64,000 nucleotides of DNA, taken from assembly GCA_963514005.1 (NCBI GenBank), contig OY740794.1, forward strand, positions 29,388,001-29,452,000, in the 5' to 3' direction. Shown in pieces: positions 39,701-52,870 of this stretch (positions are counted from its first letter, which is position 1; each line of letters begins with the position of its first letter). The position numbers and the translations under genes are program-made. The notes beneath the pieces were generated by a model. It was not told the origin of the DNA. It saw only the letters and a program-made list of their open reading frames with translations, and made no database searches. Source of the stretch: Raja brachyura (Eukaryota).

Positions 39701-41099
39701 CAATAATGACTTGGAATTTTCATCAAGTTATGCGCATAACCACAAATTGCAAAAAAAGGTAGAAATTCATAAATGAATTTAACTCAAAGATTCTTCATCA
39801 GTTTCTCAGTATCTGTGTCCTTACTTGCTTTTGCAGAAGCAGGATTATAGAATTCAGTGAGTTCTCATTGTCACCTTTACACATCAAACATTTAAGAAGG
39901 GTGTAACACATCAGTAAACTGTGTCCCCCCTGAGTGAATAGCCGTGTTATGACGATGGACAAGTACTTTCTGCTGGATTACCATCGACTGTGATTTCCCC
40001 AAACACAGGTTTGACAATTCAATTCTACAGCTTGTGTACTTCAAGAAAGGAAAGAATCAAGTGAAAAAACAACAGGGTCATATGCTTGCAGAAATGGCAT
40101 GTAAACAGTTCCTTTTATCCCCCAAAAATGTTGAAAATGAGTAGTGTTTGAGCTTCAAATAAACAGTCCAGGAAACTGAACATGTTATTTTGATGCTGTC
40201 TTTTAGCAGCTGAACGCAACCGAGACTACTCCGTGATTTGGGGAGACCGCATACTTTTGTTTCATTTGAAGAAGACAGCTTCTCTTTCAAGAGATAACAA
40301 TTTGACTAAGATTCCTGCATTATTAATAAGTTAACCCACACCTTCAAGCTTCACATTTCCCTCTTCACTGGTCATTTCCAGTGCACTTTCCTTGCAACAG
40401 ACATTTGCACATTTTCAACCCATTCACCTGGACTACTTTAAAACACTGGATGAACATTTTGAAAAGGTTTGTACGAATCAATGAGTTACCGACAGCACAG
40501 TTCGTAAAGGTCAGCTGCCATTGTACAGCACATAATTTTGTAAGTACTTCAATCCATTACCTGCCATCACAAAACATAAACATTTAAACAAAATTCTTCA
40601 AGACAATTATGTTGTCTAGAAGTTTCCAACATTAATAGAACTGAAACGTCAAGTTCTTCACTACCCATAATCCAAAGACTAGAAATGACGGTCAAGTTTA
40701 AGATTTTGAACATCAGCCCTATTACAATCACAACATAATTGCAACTTTTCATTCTATTCTCTGAACTATCTCAGGGTTTTGATAAAGATGTTTCAATAAA
40801 TAAATTAACTCCAGCAATCTGTAAAGTTGTCATTCTTAATAGTTGCTAATCTTGAACTTGGCTGTTCAAAGTGACAGTTGTGATTTAATCTATTTAATTT
40901 AAGATATTAGTTAAATTATTTAAATATCTATTTAGAAAATTACAAATGTAATTAATTCAATTGTAGTTCAGAGTCTGGAAGCTTTACTCCGAGGAGGCCC
41001 TTATGAAGGATAACTTGCCGAATAAATCATACTAGGAGCCAATCTGTAGAGGTCCTGAAGCGGTGGATGCGAGGTTTGTATACTTGTTGATCTACTTAC

Positions 41100-41141
41100 C
41101 TCACTGTACTGTGACTGGGCTGCATTCTCTAGGTACAGCAT
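41100..41141 (-). CDS. TP63: TP63 exon 3' coding part (DeltaNp63 first exon)
   Basis: The minus strand reads gcaaacATG CTG TAC CTA GAG AAT GCA GCC CAG TCA CAG TAC AGT GAG|gtaagt = MLYLENAAQSQYSE, matching the DeltaNp63 N-terminus (human MLYLENNAQTQFSE). It has a consensus donor in phase 0 and is too short for the ORF track. Confidence 0.96.
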
Positions 41142-41224
41142 GTTTGCAGCTATGTTGATGAGCACCTCTGTGCCGTCCCCTGGCTCCAGATTTGTGCTAT
41201 GTGTACGGTGGGTCCTTTACTTCA

Positions 41225-41400
41225 GATTGAGTGAGTGTGTGTGTTTTTAAAGCAGATTCTCTTATATCCAGACCTGGTTGAACAGGTAAAGTGCAAAGGG
41301 GTGGGATCTCCACACCAGCTGCCAGCCAATCTTTCCCAAAGTTCCACCTGAAACTTTTAAACTTACACCAATGGAATTCTCCAGTAGCTAATCTACATAT
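41225..41400 (-). promoter_or_regulatory. DeltaNp63 internal (P2) core promoter
   Basis: There is a minus-strand TATAAG at 41261-41266, about 120 nt upstream of the DeltaN ATG. Two CCAAT boxes (41326-41330, 41368-41372) flank a CAGGTG E-box (41345-41350). A TATA box with multiple CCAAT boxes is the known architecture of the mammalian DeltaNp63 promoter. The TSS is inferred near 41235. Confidence 0.75.
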
Positions 41401-44400
41401 CAGCCTCTCCCCCACTATTATTTTCCTTACTTCCTACTTTTCCCAAACTTTCTCTTTCCTTCATGAAGATTAATTATCGCTGCTGCTTACTTATTATCAA
41501 CGTGGCTTTAGGATGTTTCCCTGTCATTTGTAACTAGATTGGAGTGTGGGGGGGGGGGGATAGGTTAATAGGAGGAGATCTTTGACAATAAATGTAGCTG
41601 TTAATTAGCAAAATCACAGCTCCCCACTGTAGCAGTGCTCCTTCCCGCCTCACCTCCCGCTTCTGTACAATCAACCAGCTAATTGACAACAATAACAACA
41701 CAGTGACCTCTGCTCTCTGCCCTACTCCAGGCACTTAGTACATTTACTGAAGCTTGCTCTGGAGATACTTATTGTAAACCTGGTTAGAGCCGTAATGTGG
41801 TTAAGGCACAATTAAGGAGTAATATACAGGTGTACAACTATGGCCGTCAAGTGAAAAGGTAAGAGACACGAGCATGAACTTGGGAGTCATTTAAATCAGA
41901 AAATCCCTAACTCAAACTGATCAGTCAGGGAAAATGTGTATATTAACCCCTTCATTGCATCATCCTTTTCAACTGTTAGAACTTATTAACATGCTGACTG
42001 CAATTAAGTTTTTTGGGATATAACATTTTCCACTTCAATTCAATTTTAATGAACTGCGTATCTATCTTACACAGCAGCAATATGAAAACAGGTTCTCTTC
42101 CACACACACTGCAGCTCATCAGTTTGAATTGGTCCCCAGCTCTACAATTTATGATTGGCTGTAGCCTCTTCGTGTTCAAATTTAAACATTCTCAATTAAG
42201 CTGCTACACAATTTCATAAACGAGAAAATGTAGTCTGGATTATCCAGGGCTCAGTGATAAAAGGAGTGGTTGTGAGAGAAGTGGTGAGACATGGTGTGGA
42301 AGGGCACAGTGACATTAGTTCTAGAACTCAGCCACATCGCTGAGCTGCTGGTGAACAGAACAGGGCAGCAGGGAACATGGTACGTTGTGGCAGAAGCTGC
42401 ACACCTCAGCTGCAAATTGGCATACATCTGGGACCAGTGAATGGTGAAGACAAAAAAAAGCGATAATCTCAATAAAATATTTGTAAAGCCACACGCCCCC
42501 AAAAAATGATGAATTGTAACGATGACTCTGAGACAGGAAGGTGACACCATAATGAGTTGAAGATGAAATGTTCTGCAAGAAATGAGTCATCCACAATGGT
42601 TTCAAAATCACAAGTACGGAAATATAAATGAGCACCTGAAAACATTGTGTTGCTGCATTTCTCTGTAAAACCATCACAACATCCAAACCTGTCATAGTCC
42701 TTCAATCTCCATCAAGGTTATTTCCATCCATAGTGGGCAAGGGTCTGGGGCTAGTTTCCCCCTTTCCCTGAAAACTTTGCTTGTGTTATTGGAAATTAAA
42801 CACCTAAGCTCAAAAATAAAGAGGGTACCAGTGATGCAATGTGGCCGACTTAGAGCTAACTAACCATCTACTTCACAGTCAACAAATACACAATTCACAG
42901 GAAGTAGATTGCATATTTGGCACCAAGTATACAAGTTGTTGTTGTTAACTGATGAAGCAAGTGCTGAACATTGATGGAGGGGATGGATGATATCAGGAAA
43001 GGTTCGTGGAAATATATCTTAATGGAATAAACACAGCAAGAAGCCTGCACTAACTCTGGGCTGAGAGATAGCCCTGGGCGATTCAAAGAGCAGTCCATGA
43101 GAAAGTGACACTGAGAAATAAAAGTGTAAAGGACCAACGCAGTGAGACAGTGACCAACTCACTTGCTTGAATTGTTAAGATAATTTTAGTCAAATGGGGA
43201 GCTCCCAACTACTATGCAATTTTTAATTGCTGGTTTCTAGTGTGGCAAAGTCATTTACAAGGTCAATGAAAGGCTATGTGATGTGTACAGGGTGTGCACA
43301 GCGTCTCTGTCTTTCACACACACACCAGTTTGCTAACTACAGACACTCAGAAAAAAGGTTACATCAATTTAGGACTTCCTTTAATACAACCCCAACCTGT
43401 ACTGTAAAAAAAGTGTAGAAAACAATTAAAATATTCCAATGTTTAAGACAGTTCTAATGAAGGGCCATCAAAATGACCCACTAATTATCTTCCTCTCTCC
43501 ACATTTGCAGCCGGGTCAGTTGAATATGTCCAGCATTCTCAGTTTTCATGAATCCAGGAATTGGTTTCTAACTAAGATGCAAGTGAAGCAAAGCAAGATC
43601 CCAGCACCAAGAGGCGTAACACTGTTGTAGGGTAGAAAGCCGCATATTTGGTCCATTTGGAAGCAGCTCATACAGCTGTGGCCACTGAAGAATGAAAATG
43701 GAGAGACACGAGCAAGCAAGACACAGCTCATGGGGTAGGAGGCATACACAGAAATACTTAACATTGCAAATCCTTGGTTAGTCTGAATGGTCAGACATCT
43801 AAGAATTTGCTGGTCGTTCTCCCAACAATGATCAGGACTGAACCCGTTACTTGCTGCTTTCTGTCCTCACCCTCGCTGCAGGAAATAAATCTCACCGTGA
43901 GTCAGCAAGTCTTTCAATGGAAGGCACATGCACTTGACCCGTACAGATCCAATGTCCAAACAGGACAAGAGCTATGCACTGAAGAATTGATTCAAGGTTC
44001 AATATCTTTAAATTAAAGACATTGAATCTCCTCATCCTAAATTCTGGAATGAGCACCACTGGCACTCCAGCCCTGAGGAGTCAACATAGTAGAGTCCAGC
44101 TTCAGACCTGTGCTCTTATACCTCAAGTTATTCAGAAGTTCAAGGCATATATTCACCCACTGAGGTATACTGTATACTTAGCCCCCACTCTGTGAGTGGC
44201 ACAGGCAAGGTATACCATATCTCCAGTCAGAACTGAATGCATCGGCTAATGTTATACCCAAGCACTTATATTTACTCAGATCATCGACAAACAAGCAGTT
44301 ACATTCCACAGTTGCATTTGTGCGTTTTAGCAGTTTATCCCTGGAACTACCTGTGACCCTGCTGGACTGTACCCCTCCTTGTTGGTCCTACACTTCACTG

Positions 44401-45652
44401 AAGACACAGAGACAGTTCCAACAAAAGCATCTACTCATGGGTGTTCCCCTGCACGGTTGTGCTGCTGTAGTTAGTTAATCTGTCAAAAATGTAGGCTAGA
44501 GGCACTCCCTTTATTCTGCACTCCCATCCTTTTAATGCAGCAGAATTCACAGCAAGCTGAAATTTACACATTCACATCGACTTGCAATGCAGTACAAACC
44601 AAATAACCACACGCAAAATAATCACTCCAATGCTTAACCTCAGATGGTTCAGAGATGATTTTAATGGAGGTGTTAAATTCAGATACTGTAGATGCAGAAA
44701 AATACTTTCAGAGGCTGGAGGTTGGCGACTAGAGGTTTAAAGTGATTGCTTGAGACAGCAGAGGGATTCGAGAATTTTAGTAGTGAGTGGCTGTGATTTG
44801 CATTGAGATGCATGAATGATGGTGAAAGCAGATGTAACAGGAACTGCCAAGAGTGTTGACAAATAATTTTAAGGGAAAAAACAGTAGATCTATGAGGAAA
44901 AAGGGAGAGAACAGACAAAGTAGATAAACATTTCAAAGAATCGGCAGAAGCACACTCCCAATGCCCTGCTCCTGTAAATTACACATGAAGCAGTGATATA
45001 AACTCAACGACAATCATGATCGACAATCATCTTACTGATACTCAGAGGGGAGAATGACTACCTTCTGAAGGCCATTTTCATGAGGGGAGACAGAAGGAAA
45101 CATACTCTGTATACAATCTACTTCAGAGACTTGAGCATCGAACCTAAGCTACTGCCTTAGTATGGTGCCAATTGCTGCTGCAATGTCAGAGATATATGGA
45201 GGGTGAGTCACACCTCTGAGGGATAACATTGAGCACTGGTCAGACTATTAAAGAGGCATTGCTGAGTGAGTGTTATACTGTCAGAGGCACAGTGATAAGT
45301 GCACACCCTTGGAAGGGCAGGGCTGAGGAAGTGATTCACTGTCAGTGCTGCAGGACTGAGAGACTATGCTTGGTAAATTCTGATAATTATTTATTTAAAT
45401 CTTTTCTATATGGATTTTTATTTTCTGACATCCTATTTGTCATTCCATCATTTAAAATCTCTTTCCCTCTAAACAATTCTGCTTTTGCTCTCTTTTGTCC
45501 CCACACTCCTTCTCCACCTCATAATAGTTTTCCAGTTCAGTGGAAATACTACTGATGTTATCTATTTCCCTCTCTACAGATACCACCCCTTTGCCAAAAC
45601 AATTTTGACCGTTTCTTTCTCCTTTAGATCCCAAGAGTTTTAGAATAATATA

Positions 45653-45745
45653 CTGAAAAAGGGTCTCGACCCGAAACGTTGCCTATTTCCTTCGCTCCAT
45701 AAATACTGCCTCACCCGCTGAGGTTTTCCAGCATTTTTGTCTACC
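45653..45745 (+). mobile_element. 93-bp hammerhead-motif mini-element with 13-bp TSD
   Basis: TTAGAATAATATA is duplicated at 45640-45652 and 45746-45758. The insert begins CTGAAAAAGGGTCTCGACCCGAAACGTT. Confidence 0.85.
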
Positions 45746-48700
45746 TTAGAATAATATATGATTAGACTGCACTGGACGGGAAACTATACGAAGATGCCCA
45801 AGCATGGCAGGAGTCCAAGTCTGCAGTCGATTGTGTGCGACCTTCATTCATAGTCTTTCATTCATTGTCCAGTGGTAAAAGGCTAATATTTCTCACCTAG
45901 CATCGTCAAAGTCCCTTGTACCTGCACTAGGTAATGCGATGACTGTGGACATCATGACCAGCAAGTGTGGAAAGTGGAACCACAGCATGTTGCATTTCAA
46001 TTCACTGTCATTAGTTCATTCTCCTTTTCATGTGTAGTTAAATGAAGGTTGCAATCAGGAGGTGCCTACATTTTACAATATGTAGCAGGTTGAGGATTAG
46101 GGCATTCTGACTGGTGTCCCACTCTCAGCTCCCACAATATCAGGCTCAATAAAGATGTTTTTCCACATCACATTAATGTACTAGAGCAATCATCCCCGAC
46201 TGACAGTGCTGGGGTTAGGTTAGGAGTTTTAGGCAGTACTTTTCACATGGAGTTTTATTCAGAAGGATGGATTTGAATCCACCTCTTAGATGTCAAAATC
46301 CTCAACCAAATTCTGCCAACTCTGACTCGGGATCCAACTGATGGCGAGGCACATTGCCAAAGCATGAAACATCAAGAGGGGTGCTCAAAACCTTAGTCCA
46401 AAACAGAGGCTAAAAGGAGGGTCTAACTGAGGTGACAGAGATAGTTGATGAAGGGTTCTGTGGAAAGGGTAAATCCTTGAGCAGGAAAACAAGAACACTT
46501 TTGCAACGTTGTACCTTTTACAATCGCAGCTTGTCCTCGAGCATTAAACCAAATGAAATGCAAGGCATATGCGATAACTGCCTTCATTAACTGAGGTATA
46601 GAATATAAGAGCAGTGATGTAATGATACAACAATATAAAACATTGGTTACATCACTGCTGGACAATTGTGGTCACCACACCTTTAGAAGGAAGTAAATGC
46701 TAAAGAACACAAATTGCTCATTTTTATGTAAACCAGCATCTGGTTCCTTGTTTCTACAAAGGATTAAAAGCAGATTCATCAGGACGTTGCTTTCAGTTAG
46801 GAGGAGAGGCTGGATAGGCTGATGTTCCTTGCAGCAGAGAGAGCATTTGTGAAATGAATGGCAGAGGTTGGCTGGACAGTGGTAAGCATGTTTAAATACA
46901 CAAAACAATGGTTTAAGATAAGGGGCAAAAAATATTTGAAGAAATTTGAAGAATTCTTTCACACAGATGGTGGTTGAATTCCAGGGAGGATTCAGAAAGT
47001 CTCACAACCCAAGAAGCATTAAGATGAGGTTTGGTATATTGTATCGAGCAAGTGCTGGAAAATGCTACTCGATGACTGGCTAGGACCCAGCCAGCCAGAG
47101 GTCAGTTTCTTTGCTGTACGACTCCACGTTTTGGGTTTTTTTTTTGCACCAACCTGAACAGCAAAGGAACAATTACATCTGAACATCCAACTGGAAGAAA
47201 CACTGAATTAGGATTAGGGTGGTATTAACATTAATGTAAACACTATTGTAATGATAAAGATCCAGATGGTATCCATGCCAGGATAAAGTGAGTAGGTAGA
47301 GGAATGATAGATACTCTGAGTATGAGTCTCTCATAATTCTGGGACCACTCCTTTTGGTTGGAAAATTGTATATATTACCCCTATTTAAGCGCATTGTTAG
47401 TCTATTGCTACTCTATAATTAAGGCTGGAATGACTGAACACCATATCAAACTGAACAGTTATCTGTGGGAGCCTGCACAGATCTGTAAAGAATGGATTAC
47501 ATCTATTAAATCTGAAATTAAGCAGGTTTTTTTTATATACTCCGTTTTTTGGGACCTGGACATTATTGGCAAACCCAGTGTTTATTAAACACAAAAACTT
47601 GCAGCTGATGAAAATCCGTAATAAAAACGGAAAATGCTGGAGATGTTCAGCAGGTTAGGGAGCATCTGTGGGAAGAGAAACAGTTAATGTTTCAGGCCTG
47701 AGACCCTTTGTCAGACTGGGAAAGAGAGAACATTATTTTTTACAATATTGAACCACTGCTGTGTCTGTGATGAATGTGTGACCAGAGTGATGTTGGGAGG
47801 GAATTCCAGGATTCCAGATGATCTAGACATTTGAAGCACATGGGACCTAGTGCAAGCAGGCTAATTGGATCCAAAATGTGTTTATTGTTAGGCTGCAGTG
47901 GGTGGTGGATGGGTGTATATCTGACTGGAAATTTGTGACCGGTGGTGTACCACGTGGACCAGTGCCAACGCCTTTGGAGTGAAGGCTAAGGGTTAACCTG
48001 ATGGGTGTAAAACATGATGAAAGACATAGAAAGGCCTCATGGTCAAAAGCTGTCTGCCGTGATATGAACAGCAAAGACAAGAGGTCATAGATTTAAAGGT
48101 GAGAGGAAGGAGTTTTAATGGAGATTTGAAGGGTATGTTTTTATTTAAAAGCAGAGTGGTTAATATCTGGAACGTGTTACCAGAGGATGTGGTGGAATCA
48201 GATACAATTGCTGCATTTATGAAGCATTTAGACTGACACTTAAATAGGCATGGAGTAGAGGAATTGGACCAAACGCAGGCAAATGTGATTTGTATAGACG
48301 GACAAAGGTGTTAGCATGGATGTGGTGGGCTGAAGGGCCCATTTTCTGTGCTATGTGGCTCTACAATACCATTAACAATCAGTGATCTAATTCACATTAC
48401 AACCAAGGAATACCAATGTGATTGCAAACTGTTGGTGCAAAACCATGTCATCATTGGTTGCTGGACAAAGTAATGACAACCACAAGTGGTGCAGGTCCTA
48501 ACCATGTTTGCACCGCAAACCTTCAAATAAACTGAGGGACCTGTCTCTGTGCACTTATGTTAAATAGTGATTGTATCTAAAAGATAGTTAGGTTTGCGAT
48601 AGGAAGAAATCAGACCAGAGTTTCTGAGATGAATAGCAGCATGACCAAGTGTAATCTGGTAACTTGCAGCCACCAAAACATGTTCAAAAACAAACCGTTT

Positions 48701-49662
48701 ACGGTAAAGCTAGATTCACTCTTGTCCTTCAGGAAGAGATCACTGCCTGCAAATATTTACTTTTCTCTTGGGCGAGGTTTGGGGGAGGGGGGGTGGGGGT
48801 GAGGCAATTCAGCATTGAGCGCAGTGGGGGAGAAGGACAATTAACTGGGTTTTTTTACTCCAAAGTCAGACACTCGGTTCATAGCGTGGTATTGGTTTAA
48901 TATTGTCATGTGTATTGGAATAAATTGAAATGCTTTGCTTGATGGCTAACCAGTGAAATGATACTATACACAAGTAAAATGAAACCATGCACAAGTAGTG
49001 CAAGAAGAAATAACCAGAGTGCAGAATATAGTGCTACAGGATTACAGCCATAGAGAACGTGCAGATTAAAAAAGGAAAATGTGGGTTGGGAGATTGGGTA
49101 TACACCATTAGTTTATGGAAGGACCAGTCAGTAGTCTGATAACAGAGAGGAAGTGCCTATTCCACGGTCTGGTGGTGCATGATTTCAAGCTTTTGTATCT
49201 TTTATTCAAAGGGAGAGGAGGGAAGAGGGAATGATCAGGGTGTAAATGGTCCTCGATTTTATTGGCTGCTTTCCCGAGGCAGTGCAAAGTGTAGATGGTC
49301 AATGGAGGTGTGGAGAGTGAGGGTGGGAGGCTGAATTGTGCAATGGACTGCATAGCATTCACAGCTCTCTGCAATTGCTTGCTGTCTCACGCAGAACTGT
49401 GGCCAATCCAAGCTGTGATACATTCCAATAGGATACTTTCCACAGAGCATGTGTAGAAATCAGCACGAATTACTGGAGCCTCCTTTCCTTTGTGAGATGC
49501 CGCAAGCAGCACCGGGAGGGGGAGTGACAGGATGTGGTTACAAGGACAGAAGAGTTACTGAGAGACTGACCTGCACAAAAATACACCTCAGCATTGTTCA
49601 GTACATGTAATTTTATGAACATCAGCGGGTGCAGCAGCATCTAAGGAGTGAAGGAGATAGGC

Positions 49663-49690
49663 GACGTTTCGGGTCGAGGCCCTTCTTCAG
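49663..49690 (-). ncRNA. Minimal type I hammerhead ribozyme motif (second tandem copy)
   Basis: Minus-strand RNA is CUGAAGA-A-GGG(CCUCGA)CCC-GAAA-CG-UC. Confidence 0.6.
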
Positions 49691-49968
49691 ACTCCACAGG
49701 CAACACCGAGGAAGCAGATGTGGCTATGGTATCGAGTCTGGGTGAGGATGTGGTCGTAGAGTTGGAGGGAAGGGGGTATCTCAGAGGGGGAGCAGTTAGA
49801 GAGGAGGTTGTGAAACTGTCTTCGTAGGGAGGAGGAGAACTTCTTCAAAGTAGGCATACCTTGAGGAGATATCGCAGTGGAGTAGACAAAGTGTTAAAGA
49901 AGGAACTGCAGATGCTGGAGAATCGAGGGTACACAAAAGGCAGCATCTAAGAAGTGAAGGAGATAGGC

Positions 49969-49996
49969 GACGTTTCGGGTCGAGACCCTTCTTCAG
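49969..49996 (-). ncRNA. Minimal type I hammerhead ribozyme motif (PLE-associated)
   Basis: Minus-strand RNA is CUGAAGA-A-GGGU(CUCG)ACCC-GAAA-CG-UC: both conserved core boxes, stem II, a vestigial stem III and a GUC cleavage triplet. Activity is not demonstrated. Confidence 0.65.
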
Positions 49997-51980
49997 ACTG
50001 AATTTTGGAATTAAATTTTTGGAATTTTTACAAAACTATTTAACACAAAATTGAACCCCAATACAGAACTGATTATCTTTGGATCAGTGGAAGAGGGAAG
50101 TAAACTAACTATATTCCAAGAAGCTTTTCTTAATTACGGTCTAATAACAGCAAAAAAACTTATACTCAAATTTTGGAAAAACGCAATCACGCCAACATCC
50201 AAAATGTGGATTTCAAATATGTCTGAAACGCTTCATCTTGAAGAAATGAGATTTCTCCTACTAGGCAAAGTAGACCAATTCTCAAAGACTTGGTCTCCTT
50301 TTATCAACTTTTTGCAAGCATATGGTGCAACATAACATAACCTCAGAAATTAAATGGTTTGGAACCGGGTGACGGATGGGCAAAAATACGAAATGGGTAG
50401 ATCTCTCCTAATCTCTCTTTTCTTTACTTTCTCCTTCTATTTCAATCTTTTCAGCTTCTCTTCTATGTCCTTTATTTCTTTTGCGATCTGTTTCTACTCG
50501 CTTGTCTATCGATTCCAACACTCTTTATTTCTTTTTTCTTTCACTGTTCTTTTATTATTAAATCAAAAGTATGAAGTTGTACAAGAATGGAAATATGTAT
50601 GTATGTATTAGGTACTCAAGTACCACACTATTGTACTTCTAACAAAAATAAACAAAAAAAAACTGGAGAAACTCAGCGGGTGGAGCAGCATCTAAGGAGC
50701 GAAGGAGATAGGTGACGTTTCGAGTCAAGTCCCTTCTTCAGTCTGAAGAAGGGTCTCAACCCGAAACGTTGCCTATCTCCTTCACTCCTTAGATGCTGCT
50801 GCACCCGCTGAGTTTCTCCAGCCTTTTGTGTACCCTCGATTCTCCAGCTTCTGCAGTTCCTTCTTTAAGTACTTTAGGATGCTTTGAGACAAAGTACGAA
50901 TACAAGTATGTCATTTCATTAATCACGCTATCATCTGATTTACTTAGAATTGATTTGAAGGTTTGATGCTGCGCATCATATGAACACATCACCTATCCAT
51001 CTCATGCTGAAGGGTCTTCAGTTCTTGACAGAGTTGGGTTATTATCATTTTAAATTCCAAGAGGCTGTAGTGTTGTTTACAATCTGCCATTTCTACTCTC
51101 CCGACACACATTGTCACAGTTAGCAGTTATAGGAGACCTTTCACAATTGTTGTTTAGGTGTATGGAGGCTATTGAAACACCTCCATCATCCCATTCAGTT
51201 CATCACTTAAAAGCAGGAACCAATGGAAGAGTACTAGGCTACCCTTTTCAAACAAGTGTTCAAGCACCAGGGAGCTTTGTCTTCCTTCAGCGTGCTGGCA
51301 AATGAAATTGGAATTCATAGGCAAAAGGGTCAGCATGGCATGGTGGGCCGAAGGAGCTGCATCTGTACTGTATGACTCAATGGCTGGCTCTGTAAATTGA
51401 TCATCTCTTACCAATCATATCTCACTCAGTGCTCAATGTGTTTGAGCCCCCAAGCTATGATCGCAGAGCAAAGTTCAAGTCTGTCACTTTTGGGATTATC
51501 TACGAAAGTCCTGACATTTCAGGTCTGGAACTTCATATTGTGCATTGGAAGTTGACCGTGCAATTTTCATAACCACAGGTTGCATCAATTTTCTGACGTT
51601 TTCTCAGTCTTTCTCACTTCCAACAAACTTCCCTCTGAGAAAATGGCAACTACACCATAACCAAGTTTACCAAAAGTTCAGCATATGAAGAGCAGGCAGC
51701 AGGTGTGGTCGTGTATGCTCAGTTGCTGAGCTCCAAGCTCCAAGTCTATGCTTTCCCTGAAGAACCTACTTAACATTCAACATTTACAGGAGAATACCAA
51801 TCACCAGAGAATATGGCTGAGGCAGGTACAATGACAACATTTAAGACATTTGGACAGGTACATGAACAGGAAAGGTTTAGAGGTGGAAAGACTAGTTTAG
51901 ATAGAACACCTTAGTCAGTATGGACAAGTTAGGCAGAAAGGCCTGTTTCAGTGCTGTATGACAACACTGTCGTGTTTAGT

Positions 51981-52272
51981 GGAAACAGACCTTTCGGCCC
52001 ACCAAGTCCACACCAACCAGTGATCCACGCACATTAACGCTACCCTATACACACTAGGAACATTTTTTTTTTAAATGTATATACCAAGCCAATTAACCTA
52101 CAAACCTATACGTCTTTGAAGTGTGGGAGGAAAGCGAAGAACTGAGAGAAGCCCCACGCAGGTCACGGGGAGAACGTACAAACTCCGTACAGACAGCACC
52201 CGTAGTCAGGAATGAACCCGGGTCTCTGGCGCTGTAAGGCAGCAACTCTACAACTGCACCACTGCGCCGCCC
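51981..52272 (-). mobile_element. V-SINE (HE1-like), near full length
   Basis: The minus strand has a head GGGCGGCGCAGTGGTGCAGTTGTAGAG...CCGGGTTCATTCC, the V-domain GGAGTTTGTACGTTCTCCCCGTGACCTGCGTGGG and a CR1-like tail. Confidence 0.88.
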
Positions 52273-52870
52273 TTCGATCAAAGTTCACCGTGTCGTCGGG
52301 ATAAACATGGACTGTTTCCCACATCTTGAGAACCACCACTTCGTAATGTCAGACTGCCATGAAACTCCCTATCACTTTCAATGTACCAGCACATCCTTGG
52401 ACTGATTGAGAAAGATTTCTGAACATCAAGACCTCAGACCGGACATAAAAGCCATGGTCTACCAGGCAGCAGTGATTCCTGTCCTCCTACATGCTTCGGA
52501 GACCTGCACTGCATACAGCACTAGGTCATGTGAATGGAGACTACCACCAATGCTACTTGCAAAATTCTCCACATAGATGTATATCCCACCAATGCCAGTG
52601 AGCTGACCCAGGACAGCATCCCTGGTACAGAGGCCATCGTTATATTCAGTCAGCTAAGTTGGAAGATCATGGCGTTCACTTCCCCGGCACCCAACTCCAA
52701 AAACAGACTTTCTATTCAGCACAATCGCCGAGATTCCCAGCTTGACAGAGGAAACTATTTAAGGGTGTGCCCTGGAGAAATGCAAAAATTCTCCTTGGAT
52801 CATGACTTGCTCAAAGTAGAGCAGACAGGGCGACAGTGGGAATGTCAAGGCCACATACATGTAGCCCACA

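Larger units (their letters stand above)
49622..50866. mobile_element. Composite: tandem and inverted Penelope pLTRs enclosing an L1-clade 3' end
   Basis: pLTR copies lie at 49622-49692 (-), 49895-49999 (-), 50662-50741 (-) and 50743-50866 (+). An L1-type C-terminus (ORF 50051..50335) with 3'UTR and A-tail spans 50000-50662. Confidence 0.8.
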
